Shown: one piece after another, positions 13,351 through 26,409 of the stretch
Layout of the letters: every line of letters begins with the position of its first letter
Numbering within the stretch: the first letter of the stretch is position 1
NCBI RefSeq assembly: GCF_001194135.2
Contig: NC_068981.1
Location: 160,804,792-160,868,791, forward strand
Source: Octopus bimaculoides
Lineage: Eukaryota
Length of the DNA stretch: 64,000 nucleotides
Direction of reading: 5' to 3'
Position numbers and translations under genes: made by a program
Notes under the pieces: generated by a model
Told to the model about the DNA's origin: nothing
Seen by the model: the letters and a program-made list of their open reading frames with translations, nothing else
Databases searched by the model: none

Positions 13351-14473
13351 ATAACATGAGTGCTAAATATTAAAGTTTAATTATGAAATACATTAAAAAT
13401 GCCAAAAAATTAAATTTCCTTGTAATTAACCATTATGCAATGTGACTGCAAAATATGTGGCATGATCAGTAACTTCCAGTAACAGGTTGTGGCAGTTAAC
13501 ATGTTAAACCCACGTAACAGATGTGTTGAATGCTACTTTTTTTTCCATTTGTTCACCCAATTGTGTGTGTTTGTGTGTCTTCATGTCGACAGTTTGAGCA
13601 AAAATATAGCAGCAATTGTTTCTATCGTTTGTAAAGAGTATGTCTTGTAACTCAGCAGTTTCAATATATGAAGGAGATCAGTCAAATGAAAATTAAGTTA
13701 GGGTTGGTAAAGGATGACTAACTGTAGAATACTAACTCCATAAGTTACATCCAACCCCTGCCAGCATGGAAAAAGTGGACATACAAATGGTAATGGCATG
13801 TGTATGTTGTAACTTTCCTTTGACATTTTCCTGGATTGTTTCTGTCTCTTTTAGATAGTTGTTAATACAAAAGACTTAAATATATACAGACAGATTAGCT
13901 GTGATTTATCTTGTCAAAACACTGTGCTAAAATAAAATCCATTCATCTTTTCTTTTTTCCTTCTTTCCGTTTATACTTTTAAAAGAACTTTCTTGTATCT
14001 AATTCTGTCAGGGAGCAGCCATTTGATAAATATTTACAGCCATTTGCTGAAACACAAATTAATCTTGTGTTAAGCTGTATAACAAACTTGTCTCCATATC
14101 TGCTGATAAATGCTGACACATAGCTTGAGTGTATTCATTCTTAATGCTGGTAATTTGCATCTAAAATCCACATTAGAATTTTCAATTGAATATTATCTGC
14201 AACAGTTGTGATTGCAACTTATTTCTTTTACAATTTGTTTCTTTGCATTTCTCTCTATCATCCCTGCCGCTGATTTCTGTGTGTGTGTGTGTGTGTATGT
14301 AACTAATTAGCTATATTGATTTTTAGGGTTGTAACAAGGGTATTCAACATGCCTGTTGCCCTTCCTTTCTCCCCTTTATGTGTACATAGATGACTCACTG
14401 GAGTCTATCAGTCTGATTCACCTCTGTTCTGCTATTTCTATTCAAATATTCTGTTGATTTCATGACTTGTTGC

Positions 14474-14509
<36 letters not shown>

Positions 14510-15099
14510 GCATGCCTCCTCCTTTCAAACTTTTTTTTGTTATTTTTATTATCCACATATTTTATTTTTTCTTGCTCCCCCATCCCTTAATTTTTCTTTC
14601 CTCCTTTAAAAAGGGGAATTTGGGAAGGTTGTGCATTCCAATACGGATATATATTTTTAAAACTTTGATTGTTCATGTGTATTTTTTGAAGAATTTATTA
14701 GGAATTATTCCTGATAGAAAACACAGAATTACACAGATTGCATGCAGTATTCTACATTTTTGTTGATTTTTTTAATTATTTTTTTTTTAGCAAAATGCAT
14801 TACTGGGAGTTTGTTTAGATATATGTCGTTTGTTTATTATGTGGAAGTATTGCATGCATTTTCCATGGTGATTATGACTATTTAATGTAGCTACCAGTTC
14901 AAGGTGAGAAACTGGCTACTTAATTGAATACAGCATTTGAATGTAAAGGAATACATGCAACTATAGCTTTACTTGGATAAACTTAGTGTGACACATCAGT
15001 GGCATTGCTGGTTAATAACATGACCCAGATATGACAGGCTTAGCTGTGAGGCTTTACTGCTACAGCAAGAATGAAAGAGCTTCTGGATATTAATGATAA

Positions 15100-15650
15100 T
15101 AATAATCCTTTCTACTATAGAAACAAGGCTTAGAATTTTGGGAGAGTTGGCTAGTTGAATACATTGACCTCAATATTTGACTGGTATTTATTTCATTAAC
15201 CTCTGAAAGGATGAAAGGCAAAGTTGACCTTGATGGAATATGAACTCGAAACAAAGATTGATGAAATACCACAAAGCAATTTTGTCCAGCATGCTAATTC
15301 TGTAAGCTCACCACCTTATTGATGTCAATAATAATAATAAAAGAATAATTAACAAAAGCAGGTTATAATGGTTTTTATAAAAGTTTCTGTAGTAGTGGAA
15401 CCCATTCAATTTGAGGAAATATTAATATTATAAGAGATAAATCTGTCAAATTTTGGTTCAAGGCCAACAAGGGAGTGAATAAGTTGAATACACTGACCCC
15501 AGTGTACAACTGGTATTTATTTTATTGGCCCTGAAAGAATGAAAGGAAAAGTTGACCATGGCAGAATTTGAACTCGGGATTTAAACTTGGATAAAATACT
15601 GCAAAGCAGTTTGTTCAGTGTGCTCACGATTCTGCTAGCTCTCCACCTTA
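15100..15650 (-). mobile_element. Two family B SINEs (central domain resembling MetaSINE cores)
   Basis: Copies at about 15100-15320 and 15440-15650 carry the reverse complement of gttcaaattccgccgaggtcgactttgcctttcatcctttcggggtcgataaattaagtacc. The Meta-domain resemblance is from memory. Confidence 0.75.
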
Positions 15651-15688
15651 TTAATGACAACAACAACAACAGCAATAATAATAATAAT

Positions 15689-16678
15689 GGCTTAATGAGA
15701 TACCTAGCCCAAAGTAAAGAAACCTTACTAGTGAAAAGAATGAGGGAGTATTTAAAAGCAGAGAAAATAGGGAGAAAGAAAGAAGTACAAAGAGGACATG
15801 GAGAAGAATTAGGCAACAAGGGACTACTCAATCGTTTCCATGTAGTCACAACAGAAGTTGCTGGAAAAAATAGGTGGGATTGGCTGATGAAAGGAACACT
15901 AAAATAAGAGACTGAGAGCACTATACTGGCAGTGCAGGACCAAGCTTTGGCCATGAATTGGAGTGTCAACCAGAGGAATGAGCGTCTCCACTGTGCTGCA
16001 TCTGAAATAGAGTGGATGGAACCATAGCCCATATCACAAACAAATACCCTAGACTTGTCAAAACCAGTAGAAGTTGTGGCGACATGATCAGGTAGTGAAA
16101 GTGCTACATTGGAAACTGTGCAAAAAGTGGGGGTTAGAGAGAGGCAAGACATGGTATGAGCACAAACTGCAAAGAGTGGTTGAGTCGGAGACTAGCAAAA
16201 TCTGGAATTTCCCAATCCAAACAGATCAGGTGCTAGAGCATAACAGACAGGACCTAGTAGTGGTGGTAGACAAAGTGCACTACATATGCTATATAGTTGA
16301 TGTTGCATGCCCCTTTGACCCATGAATAGTCAAGAAGGAAGGTGAAAAGATAGATATATACAACTCTCTTAAGTACGAAATAGCCTGGCTATGGAAAATG
16401 AAGGTGAAGATAGTGCCAATTATTGTTGGGTCCTTGGTGACAGTATCAGAAGGCATCAAGAGGAATATAAAGGAAATTGGAATAGAGTGCCCAGTAGAAC
16501 TGTTACAAAAGGTTTGCCTTTTTGGCACAGCTAGAATAATTGGGAAAGCATTAGATAGCTACCAAAAAAAGAAAGATAGCATGGTACTGTAGGCTGTAGA
16601 TAGCAAGCCCACTACGCATGCCAGACTCCAGGAGCTGCAACAAAACCTGTAATAAAGAGAAATAATAATAATAATAAT
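15689..16678 (+). mobile_element. 5'-truncated R4/Dong-clade non-LTR retrotransposon (restriction-like endonuclease end)
   Basis: WDWLMKGTLK*ETESTILAVQDQAL, RHDQVVKVLHWKLCKK, NRQDLVVVVDKVHYICYIVDVACPFD, VKIVPIIVGSL and LQKVCLFGTARII. Flanked by (AAT)n on both sides. Confidence 0.88.
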
Positions 16679-18149
16679 TAACAAAAACAAAGTTATAATG
16701 GTTATTAAAAGTTTCTATAATAATGAAATCCCTTCAATTTGAAGAGATTTCAACATTATAAGAGATAATGCCACTGGTTCATGCCCAAAAAGAAATTGAT
16801 AATTTTGACATTCAATTGATCCAAAAATATTTTCAGGGATTACATGAGTCAGTTTCTTTTTTGTATATGCATTGATAAGATCAAATGTAAACTGATGAAA
16901 CTGCTTCCATGTCATCCAAAATCAAATTGAATTTCTGGAAGAATGGTTACGAGTATTAAAATTGGTTTAAAAGCATATTCACCAAGTAAATGTTATTAAT
17001 GCATGTCTCAGTCACATGTTTTTTGAATTATCTAACAATCTCTCGCTCAGCCAGATTCTAAGTCCATTTGCTTTGGAGGTCAAATTGATCATTAGTGACA
17101 ATGTCTTATGAAATTGGAGCTCCGGTTTGGTATGAATGCAGAAGAAGTGAACTACAAGCTCAGCTGTGATTCTTAAGGGTTAACAAATTATGCTAGATCA
17201 TGCAGAGTAAAATATACAATGACATGAATATTGATAGTGGACAAAATGCTGATATAGTCTCTCAGGTTTTGAAAATAAATGATTCTGCTAATAAGACTGA
17301 TAAAAGATGATTTAGATGCAGTTCTTGTTCAACAAAAGGAATTAAACCAGTCCATTTCCAAGATATGTGATGTCATTGTTATGCTAATATTACAAGCATT
17401 GCATATATTTTACATACAATTTAAAGTAGATATCAACTTAGCATCAGAGCTTAGTTTATTCAGTTGTATAAAACTTCTGAAAATAATCATGTGTAGCATG
17501 TACTTTACTTAGATAAACTTTGTATTACATAACAGCTTACATGCATGTGAGGAATATCTGCACGCACGCGCGTGTGTTTGTGTGTGCGCGCACACACATT
17601 TATAATCATCATCGTCATTTATTGTCCAAATTCCATGATTAGGTCAGAAGACTATTGAGCTCCATTGTCTGCTTTAGCATGGTTTCTGCAGCTAGATGCT
17701 CTTCCTAATGCCAACCACTTTAGAGTGTACTAGGTGCTTTTTCATATCATCACTACTGGTGATGTCACCAAGTTGCTCACAACACGTGATCCCTTAATTG
17801 AAGGGATGTAGTATTGAGAGAAGTGGATTATGCTAGCTGTTGAGAGTTAAGACTATGATAACGGGATCTGAAGAGGTGTTTTGCTATAGAGGAGATACAT
17901 GGCTACCCAAGCTGGTAAAGGATAGAAGAGAGTCATGATGAAGTGTCAGGGTTCAAGAGGGTGAATGTGAAGTGGATGGGGACAGAAGAATGGGCAAGGC
18001 GTATGAGATCAGAGGATCAAGTAAGTTTGCAAGAATGTGAAGTGAGCAATAGATGGTTGGAGGGAGGGAATATAGGGATAAATATGATGCAGTGAATAAG
18101 AGGGGAAGGTTATGGTCTTTGAATGTCAGTGTGAAGGTAGATATATGAA

Positions 18150-18475
18150 GGCACATGGCTCAGTAGTCAGTGTTCTGCTCACAATCATGAGGTAGTGAAT
18201 TTGATTTCTGGACGAAGCTGTGTGTTGTGTTATTGAACAAAACACCTTATTTCATGTTGCTCCAGTTCACTCAGCTGCAGAAAGGAACTGTGATGTCACT
18301 GGTGCCAAGATGTATCAGCCTTTGCCTTTCCCTTGGACAACATTGGTGGCATGGAGAGGGGAGGCTGATATGTATAGGCAGCTGCTTGTCATAATCAACC
18401 TTGCCTGGACTTGTGCCTTTGAAGGTAACTTTCTAGGTGCAATCCCATGGTCATTTATGACCAAAGGGGGTCCTA
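18150..18475 (+). mobile_element. Family D tRNA-derived SINE
   Basis: Head ggcacatggctcagtagtc, core atttcatgttgctccagttcactcagctg, tail caatcccatggtcatttatgaccaaaggggg. Homologues at 52882-53190 (+) and about 31455-31700 (-, related). Confidence 0.75.
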
Positions 18476-18478
18476 TAT

Positions 18479-19032
18479 NNNNNNNNNNNNNNNNNNNNNN
18501 NNNNNNNNNNNNNNNNNNNNNNNNNNNNNNNNNNNNNNNNNNNNNNNNNNNNNNNNNNNNNNNNNNNNNNNNNNNNNNNNNNNNNNNNNNNNNNNNNNNN
18601 NNNNNNNNNNNNNNNNNNNNNNNNNNNNNNNNNNNNNNNNNNNNNNNNNNNNNNNNNNNNNNNNNNNNNNNNNNNNNNNNNNNNNNNNNNNNNNNNNNNN
18701 NNNNNNNNNNNNNNNNNNNNNNNNNNNNNNNNNNNNNNNNNNNNNNNNNNNNNNNNNNNNNNNNNNNNNNNNNNNNNNNNNNNNNNNNNNNNNNNNNNNN
18801 NNNNNNNNNNNNNNNNNNNNNNNNNNNNNNNNNNNNNNNNNNNNNNNNNNNNNNNNNNNNNNNNNNNNNNNNNNNNNNNNNNNNNNNNNNNNNNNNNNNN
18901 NNNNNNNNNNNNNNNNNNNNNNNNNNNNNNNNNNNNNNNNNNNNNNNNNNNNNNNNNNNNNNNNNNNNNNNNNNNNNNNNNNNNNNNNNNNNNNNNNNNN
19001 NNNNNNNNNNNNNNNNNNNNNNNNNNNNNNNN
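18479..19032. other. Assembly gap (554 N)
   Basis: Run of N. Other gaps: 10725-10734, 20134-20199, 27707-28025, 40812-40936 and 41208-41217. Confidence 1.
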
Positions 19033-19252
19033 ATGTTATTTTTTGTATATTCTCCCACATATATATATATACATATATACATACATACATATATATATAC
19101 ATACATACATATATACACATACATACATATATGTGTATATATGTATGTATATACATATATGTGTGTGTGTATATATATATATACACACAGACACACACAC
19201 ACATATGTATACACCCACACACACATATGTATACACCCACACACATATATAT

Positions 19253-19290
<38 letters not shown>

Positions 19291-19328
19291 GTACACACAC
19301 ACATATGTACACACACACACACACACAT
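19033..19328. repeat. Degenerate (TA)/(CA)/(TACA) microsatellite field next to a gap
   Basis: Seen directly. Source of several spurious ORFs. Confidence 0.95.
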
Positions 19329-20199
19329 GAAATATTCTAGGTAGGTAATTTGTTCCTTCTTATAAATTCCAAACTGAAAATTTTGATGGAATTTCTCTTT
19401 AGTGTATATTGTGAACATCTGCATTCTCAAATAGTTCTTCAGATTGCTGGCACTTCTTAGTTTTGATGAATTTTTCATCATGATGTACAGTCTAATGCTA
19501 CAATATTAATATTATTTCTTGAGCTTGAGCTTTTAAATTTGTTCATGCGTTTGTATTTATTTATATCAAACAGTATGTTTAAGTTAGACATTACTTGGTG
19601 TGTGTGCTTTAGTTTCTTTTGGTCATCACAGCCAAGACCATGATGGAGCACCCCTTTATTTTTTGTCTTATTATACTAGCAGTCATTTTTCATTTTGTAC
19701 AATTTGCAGTAAGAAGGAAGTTGAATTGTTTTAATTGAAATGAGGTGTAGTTCAATCTACTGGTGACTGCAGCCGAAACACCCTCAAATCACACTCTTCT
19801 GTTTTCATAACTTATTGCTTTAGTTACACTGCTGAGTCTATTTAGAGTAATCTCTCTCTCTCTCTCTCTCTCAAGCATTCTTGTTAAATATTATTGGGTA
19901 TTCTTATGAAACCTGTGGAAACTCCACAGGTTTTCTATTGAACACACAGAACTTTAGTTGTTTGTTAGTGTGGTGGTTATAATAATGGCAAACAGCAGGC
20001 AAGAGAAATAGACAGACAGAGTAATAGGAAATCATGACAATTGTTAGATGAGGTGGTAACAGTGAAAGATAGGAGAAACAAAATGAAATGTTGTTAAATC
20101 ACTATAGACATATAATCATATATGTACATGCACNNNNNNNNNNNNNNNNNNNNNNNNNNNNNNNNNNNNNNNNNNNNNNNNNNNNNNNNNNNNNNNNNN

Positions 20200-20237
<38 letters not shown>

Positions 20238-21055
20238 TTCTCTCCTATACACATACATATTCATACATATAAACATACATTGAGGATTGTAATAGTTTGT
20301 TGTGATGATGCTGTTGGTAGAATGTTTAGTCAATGAAGGAAGGAGGTGGTAGTGGGTTTTTATGTTTGAAGGAGTTGATAGCAAATTATTTTAGTGAAAT
20401 GAAATTTGAAAAAAAAAAAGAATTGCCATATGATTTGACATATATGTCTTAGTACAAATAACCAACACCTCCACAACTACTAATAAATAAATATATTCAC
20501 TGTCACCTCCACCATTTGCAGTTATTTCTTATTTACCTGTTTTTTTAAGAGATCAGTGAAAGTTGTTACGGTTCCATAATTAATGAATTGCAAAAGTTTA
20601 GAATGAAACTATTTCACTTAGTTCTTTAGTCCTTTTTATATCAATCTGCCTGAGACTGTCCTTGGTTCTATGATACAGAATATCTGATCTAAATTAAAAG
20701 CCTTCCATTAAAATGTCATGTTAATTTGTGTTTCAAACAACAGGTTTATAACGACAGTTATTTTATTAAATGTTTTCATTATTTTCAAAATTCATTAAAA
20801 CAAAATCAATGAATTTCAGCAGAAATATAGTAACAAAAGGGTTAAATTCTCCTTTTATATCTCAGCAGACCTTATGTTCTGTGGGATTTCAATATTTATT
20901 TTGAAACTCTGTATAATATTGGTACAAAGCATGTCTTAAACTTAAGTTCAGGTAGTTCTTAGAGTAAAACGGCAAATATCATACTAGTGTAAAGTAGCTT
21001 GTGTAGAAGTTAGAGGTTTTTGCTTGAAATGTTTTACAGTATCTACTTAAACACC

Positions 21056-21271
21056 ATCATCATCATTTAACATCCGCTTTCCATGCTAGCATGGGTTGGG
21101 CGGTTTGACTGAGGACTGGCAAGCCAGGAGGCTGCACCAAACTCCAAATCTATTCTGGCAAGGTTTCTACAGCTGGATGCCCTTCCTAACGCCAACCACT
21201 CCGAGAGTGTAGTGGGTGCTTTTGGAGTGGTTGGCATTTGGAAGGGCATCCAGCTGTAGAAACCTTGCCAG
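21056..21271 (-). mobile_element. Family A copy with an inverted duplication at its 5' junction
   Basis: (CAT)n tail at left; 21155-21202 is repeated in inverted form at 21224-21271. Confidence 0.88.
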
Positions 21272-21682
21272 TTATGATTTGAAACATGATCAGCTACCTC
21301 CAGTAAGCACCAGTTATCTACTGGATTTTAAATCATCTACTATAGAACTAGAAACCTATTTCATATGAAGAGGATCTGCCTGGCAGATTGTTGCAGGGAA
21401 TATAATTATAACCCAATTTATGATATCAGTAATTCACAATATTCATGGATAGCTATGTCAAGTTGACCTCACTGCTAAGGTTGTGGTATTTTAGCTCCAG
21501 GTCAACACTAACTGAGGAGACCTATAATCAAAGACTGGCTCACTGTGACCATCCAGTCCTTTTTATTTCAGGGAATACATTGTTCTATATGTACTTCTTT
21601 AAGGTGGTAGGCTGTGATTTGAAGGAGCTTTAGCTTCTCTTTCTATTAGTTGAATGATCATGAAGAGGTTAGACTTATAAGG

Positions 21683-21725
<43 letters not shown>

Positions 21726-22576
21726 TATATTGTATATATATTGTCAACAGAAAAAGCAACCCAAATATTCTCTTGAGAGAGAGAGAGGAGTATTGACTCT
21801 GGTACTTATTTAGCAACTTTGTAAGGATGAAAAGCAAAGTTGACTTGGGAAAGATTTGAACTCAGAATGTAAAAAGCTGGATTATAACTGGAAGGTGTTT
21901 TTCTGATGCTCTAATGATCCTGCCAATTGGCTGCCCTACATGTATATTTAGTATATAAAAATAGTTTTTTTTCCCTAACGTAAGCTCAAGGTCACATTTG
22001 GGGGAGGAGTTGAGTCAAATAAATCAATCCCAAAGTTGACTGGTATGAATATGTATACAATTATGTGTACATATTGATGTTTATTTGTCCGTGTTTTTTT
22101 TTTTTTGCATGTGTCCATTTATGATCATATCGCATCATTAATTCAAACATTTTGTAATTTCTTAAAGATATTTCACCTGTAACATCAGCAAATTGGCAAT
22201 ATATATATTTTTTATTGTAATAAACCTCTGCCAGCCATCCAACCAGACAGCCTACTTTGTGTGTGTGTTTCTCTCTCTCTCTCAACTCCCCCTCTCTTTC
22301 TCAACTCCCTTGCAAGCATAAAGCTGTCTGGACAACTTAAGAAAATAAATGTAGGTTGCAGGCAAGAGAGCCTCTTGAGGTAAAGAGAGAATATGTATGC
22401 TGAAGGCGGTGAGAAGATTTGTTAATAAGTGGGGGAGGTAGAATTGGGCAGGTAAGGATTTAAGTGTTAGTGAAGAGTGAAGACTACCTGGGAAGAAATA
22501 CATTTACCTGAATTTCAATATTTCTTTTTTAAGTTCCATTTTTTTAAATTACTAAATATGAAAAAGAAAACTTACG

Positions 22577-22593
22577 ACAGAAGGAAAGTATTG

Positions 22594-22662
<69 letters not shown>
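22577..22662. repeat. (TG)n microsatellite
   Basis: About 43 uninterrupted TG units. Confidence 0.97.
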
Positions 22663-22667
<5 letters not shown>

Positions 22668-23645
22668 AGGAGGAGAAAGAGTTGCAGTGCAACGCCCAGC
22701 TAAAGTTTTGGCCTGCTGTTAGCCATGCGCAGGTAACAAAATACTCATTACCCACAACCAATTTGATGCTATCTATTTACTACTACCATTTAAATTAACT
22801 ACTACTACTATCACCACTACTACTACTACTACTACTATAAAGCTACATTATTGCTGTCTCTATTATTACCTCTACCTCTGCTACTGTCACTGCAACTGTT
22901 ACTGTCAATGTTAGCAATCAGTGGTTGTACTACTGTTAATACTTCTGAAGAAGAACAGTTCCCACTGCAGGCAGGCAAATCGTCGCCACCATTGCCAAGA
23001 TGACAAAAAAAGCTAAATAAGCTCTTGCATTTTTGTTATTGTTGTATTAGTGACATGACACTAGAAACATGACTTCCCTTCCACTCTCTATTGTTACCTT
23101 TGTGTTCTTCCTCTTGTAGCAAATCCGCCCCCCCCCCCGGGGTACTATTAGTAATAAGGTGAGCAGTTTTATGACCTCCAAAGAAATACATTGTAATACT
23201 TTATTGCCTGCTTTTGGTTATTGGCTGACTAGGTCAGCTTGAGAGTGGCCCCCTCAGATTGAGTCCCAAATTTTAAGACAGTGTAACTTACATTAATGAC
23301 AACCTAAGAAAATTGAATGTGTATTGAATTCTAAATACAAACCGACATCTTATACCTTCTATATCTTGAATGACTAACCCAGGATTGCTTGCAAGCTTCT
23401 AATTGGTTGCCTTCAAAATGAAGGCTCTGCTCAATGAACAAGCAAGCATAAGTAAGTATGACATCTTACAAAGTTGCTTAACCTGCTAAGAATTGCAGCC
23501 AAATTTCATTTGACAAAACTTTCTTCTGATAGTATATACTTGAGTCCCTATAGTGTTAAAGTCTTAAGTTTTAGAACAACATGTTAAGACTGGATGGTCA
23601 TGATTATTTTGTTCAACTATTATTATTATTATTATCATTATTAAT

Positions 23646-24322
23646 AAGGTGGCAAGCTGGCAGAATTCTTAGCACACTGGACGAAATGTTTAGTGGTATT
23701 TCACCTGTAGCTATGTTCTGAGTTCAAATTCCACCAAGATCGACTTTGCCTTTCATCCTTTCAGGGTTGATAAATTAAGTACCAGTGAAGCACTGGGGTT
23801 GATGTAATCAACTAGTCCTCTACCCCAATATTTCAGTCGTTGTGCCTGTAGTAGAAAGGATTATTATTAATAATCTTTTCCACTATAGGCACAAAGCCTG
23901 AAATTTTGGGAGAGGGGTCTACGCAATTACATTGCCCTTAGTGCTCAATGGTGCTTATTTTATTGACCCCAAAAGGATGAAAGGCAAAGTGGACCTTGGT
24001 GAAATTTGAACTTGGAGTATTAAGCTGGAAGAAATACCACTAAGTATTTTGTCTGGTATAGGAAGGATTCTACCAGCTTGCCACCTTAATATAACGATAA
24101 TGATAATAATCTTTTCTAGTATAGGCATAAGGCCTGAAATTTTGGGGGAGGGTTAAAGTGGATCACATCAACCTCAGTACTTGACTGGTACTTAATTTAT
24201 CAATCCCAAAAGGATGAAAGGTAGTCAACCTCGGTGGTATTTGAACTCGGAATGTAAAGATGGATGAAATACTACTAAGCATTTTACCCAGTGTGCTAAC
24301 GATTTTGCCAGCTCACCACCTT
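23646..24322. mobile_element. Cluster of three family B SINEs (+, -, -)
   Basis: Copies at 23646-23868 (+), 23869-24087 (-) and about 24105-24322 (-), joined through (ATT)/(AAT) repeats. Confidence 0.88.
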
Positions 24323-26271
24323 AATAAGGATAAAATAATAATAATTATGAAACATTGTATTTATAACTTTGAAGCAGATCATATCAGATCCTTTTTTTTT
24401 CTATTTTTTTTAAGCATTTATGTGCAAGTTTTTAAACATTTCTATGAAAGTTTTTTTTAAAAAAATCCATCAGCTGATTTCAATACCATGCCAGGCCCTT
24501 AAGTACCTTTAGCAGAGTCCTTTCTGCTGTATGCATTTAGACTAGACTTCCAGTCTGAATATAACTCAAGATCTAGATATTCTGCATCCAGCTGTGACTC
24601 ATGGTTTCTTCTCTTCTCAACCAGTTTCAAAGGCTCTACAAAAAGATTAAGGGTGTTTACACTTCCTTATCTGACTAAGCCATAATAATAATAATAATAA
24701 TAATAATTACTCCCTGTGAACAGAAACTGTTATTTCAATTTCCAGCCAAGGCTATTTTACTTTACTTGTGCAGCTGCAGGTTTTGGGAAAGGTGTGAACA
24801 TTATAATTTTGATGTGTTTCCTCTTCCCAAGAAGTGTTGCCCGTGTGTTCTATCAAAAGGAACCAACAAAGCAGCCAAAGACAGTTAAGACCTGTTCTGT
24901 AACTTTTACTGCAGATATTGGATTTCTTCATGGTTGCTTTAAGAAATGATGTAAAATGAAATGAAATAAAGTTAAAGAAAATAATAAAATTATTATTGTT
25001 GTTGATGTTGATGTTGTTTGCATCTTTGTTGTTTTTCTGAGTGTTTCTGATAAACCTTTGTCAGGTTATTTCCTGGTTTCTTTTAGAAAAGAACAACTCC
25101 CAGTTGACAAAAGATTTCTCTCTCAAAATGGATTGTTTTTGATATTTTGAAGAATAGAAATAACATTTGAAAATGTAACAGGGAGAAGCATTTTAATAGA
25201 AAGACTGCTCTGTTTGCTTTTTTTAATAGAAATGTTTTGCATATGGTGCATATTGCAGTCTTCATTCTTTCCGTATAATTGGTTAAATCATTGTCATCGT
25301 GTGTGTAACTGTGGAATTGGTAACAATCCAAGCCTTCATTATCTTTGTCTTTGTTGTGATTTTAGTTTTTTTGTTGTTGTTGTGATGCTCCTTTTTAAAA
25401 TGATATTTTATTTAATATTTTCTATTGTGTTCCACTTCACTGTTACTTGAGTGCCTCCTTCATGTTTTGTATTTCCTTCTCTTCAGTTATTTATGATGTT
25501 ATTTATTTATAAAAAAATAAGAAAATGAGGTGGTGGTGGTGGTGGTTGTAGGAAAAATTCAACAGAATTATTTAACAGCTTTTCAGCGAATTGCTAACCA
25601 AATTTAGCAAACCAAATGCCTTTGATATTTAGTTATATCCCTCATGGATTGGCAGAATTTATAAAATTGATTATTTTTCATCTCCGACAGACATTTCTAT
25701 GCTGTTTTATTTATTGCTACTGCTCAGTAAATAAAGAATAAAGACAAATAAAAAAAAAATCATTGTGGCATATAATAATTAAGGGTAATGGAAAGTTTAG
25801 TGTCCTATATTCTCTGAAACAATTAATAATCCTGTTGTTCTTAGATAATTATTTAATTTTTAAAATTATTTCTAGCCACATAAAAGTTGTGGATTGGTTG
25901 AATTAGTATTGCAGCAGACAAATTTTTTGATATATGTGTCCCTAATGGATAGACATAATTAAGAGAGCAGCTGACCAAATACCTTGGGATATTTAGTTAC
26001 ATCCCTCATGGATTGGCAGAATTAGTAGAACAGCAAATGAAATGCCTTGTGGTAGTTAGTTGTTTCTGTAAGTTCTGATTTCAAATCCTACCATGGTCAG
26101 TTTTTATCTTTCATCCTTCTGGTTGAGTGTTTGATCTACCTAGGGTTAAATTAGTAGTAACATGGAACATCCACTTTGATGTAGTGATTAACTTTACTTG
26201 TTAGTATAGTTACTACTCTCATCTCTGCTTGAGATTTTACAACTAGCTACTTTGCTTTTGTATATATATAC

Positions 26272-26409
26272 ATAGATCAAAGCAGTTTGATTCAGACTTC
26301 TTGGTACTCTGAGTTTCAAGCGTGTGGCTAGTCTTTGAATGGCCAAAGACAAGCCACATGCTTGAAACTCAGAGTACCAAGAAGTCTAAATCAAACTGTT
26401 TTGATCTAT
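26272..26409. repeat. Palindromic element (65-bp arms, 8-nt loop), MITE-like
   Basis: Arms 26272-26336 and 26345-26409 are reverse complements with 4 mismatches. TA-rich flanks. Confidence 0.9.

Noticed and set aside
15517-16152. 211-aa minus-strand ORF
   Set aside because: Antisense shadow of the R4/Dong element and its (AAT)n flank.
16920-17512. Stretch that looks like decayed coding sequence
   Set aside because: Stops in all frames I tried and no recognisable family motif; cannot support a call.
18220-20384. Long ORFs up to 388 aa; similar ones at 27530-28109, 40608-41132 and 52353-52706
   Set aside because: They are open only because they run through N gaps and dinucleotide repeats.
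24716-24949. 77-aa plus-strand ORF as a DDAH exon
   Set aside because: No DDAH or other recognisable motif and no convincing splice sites.
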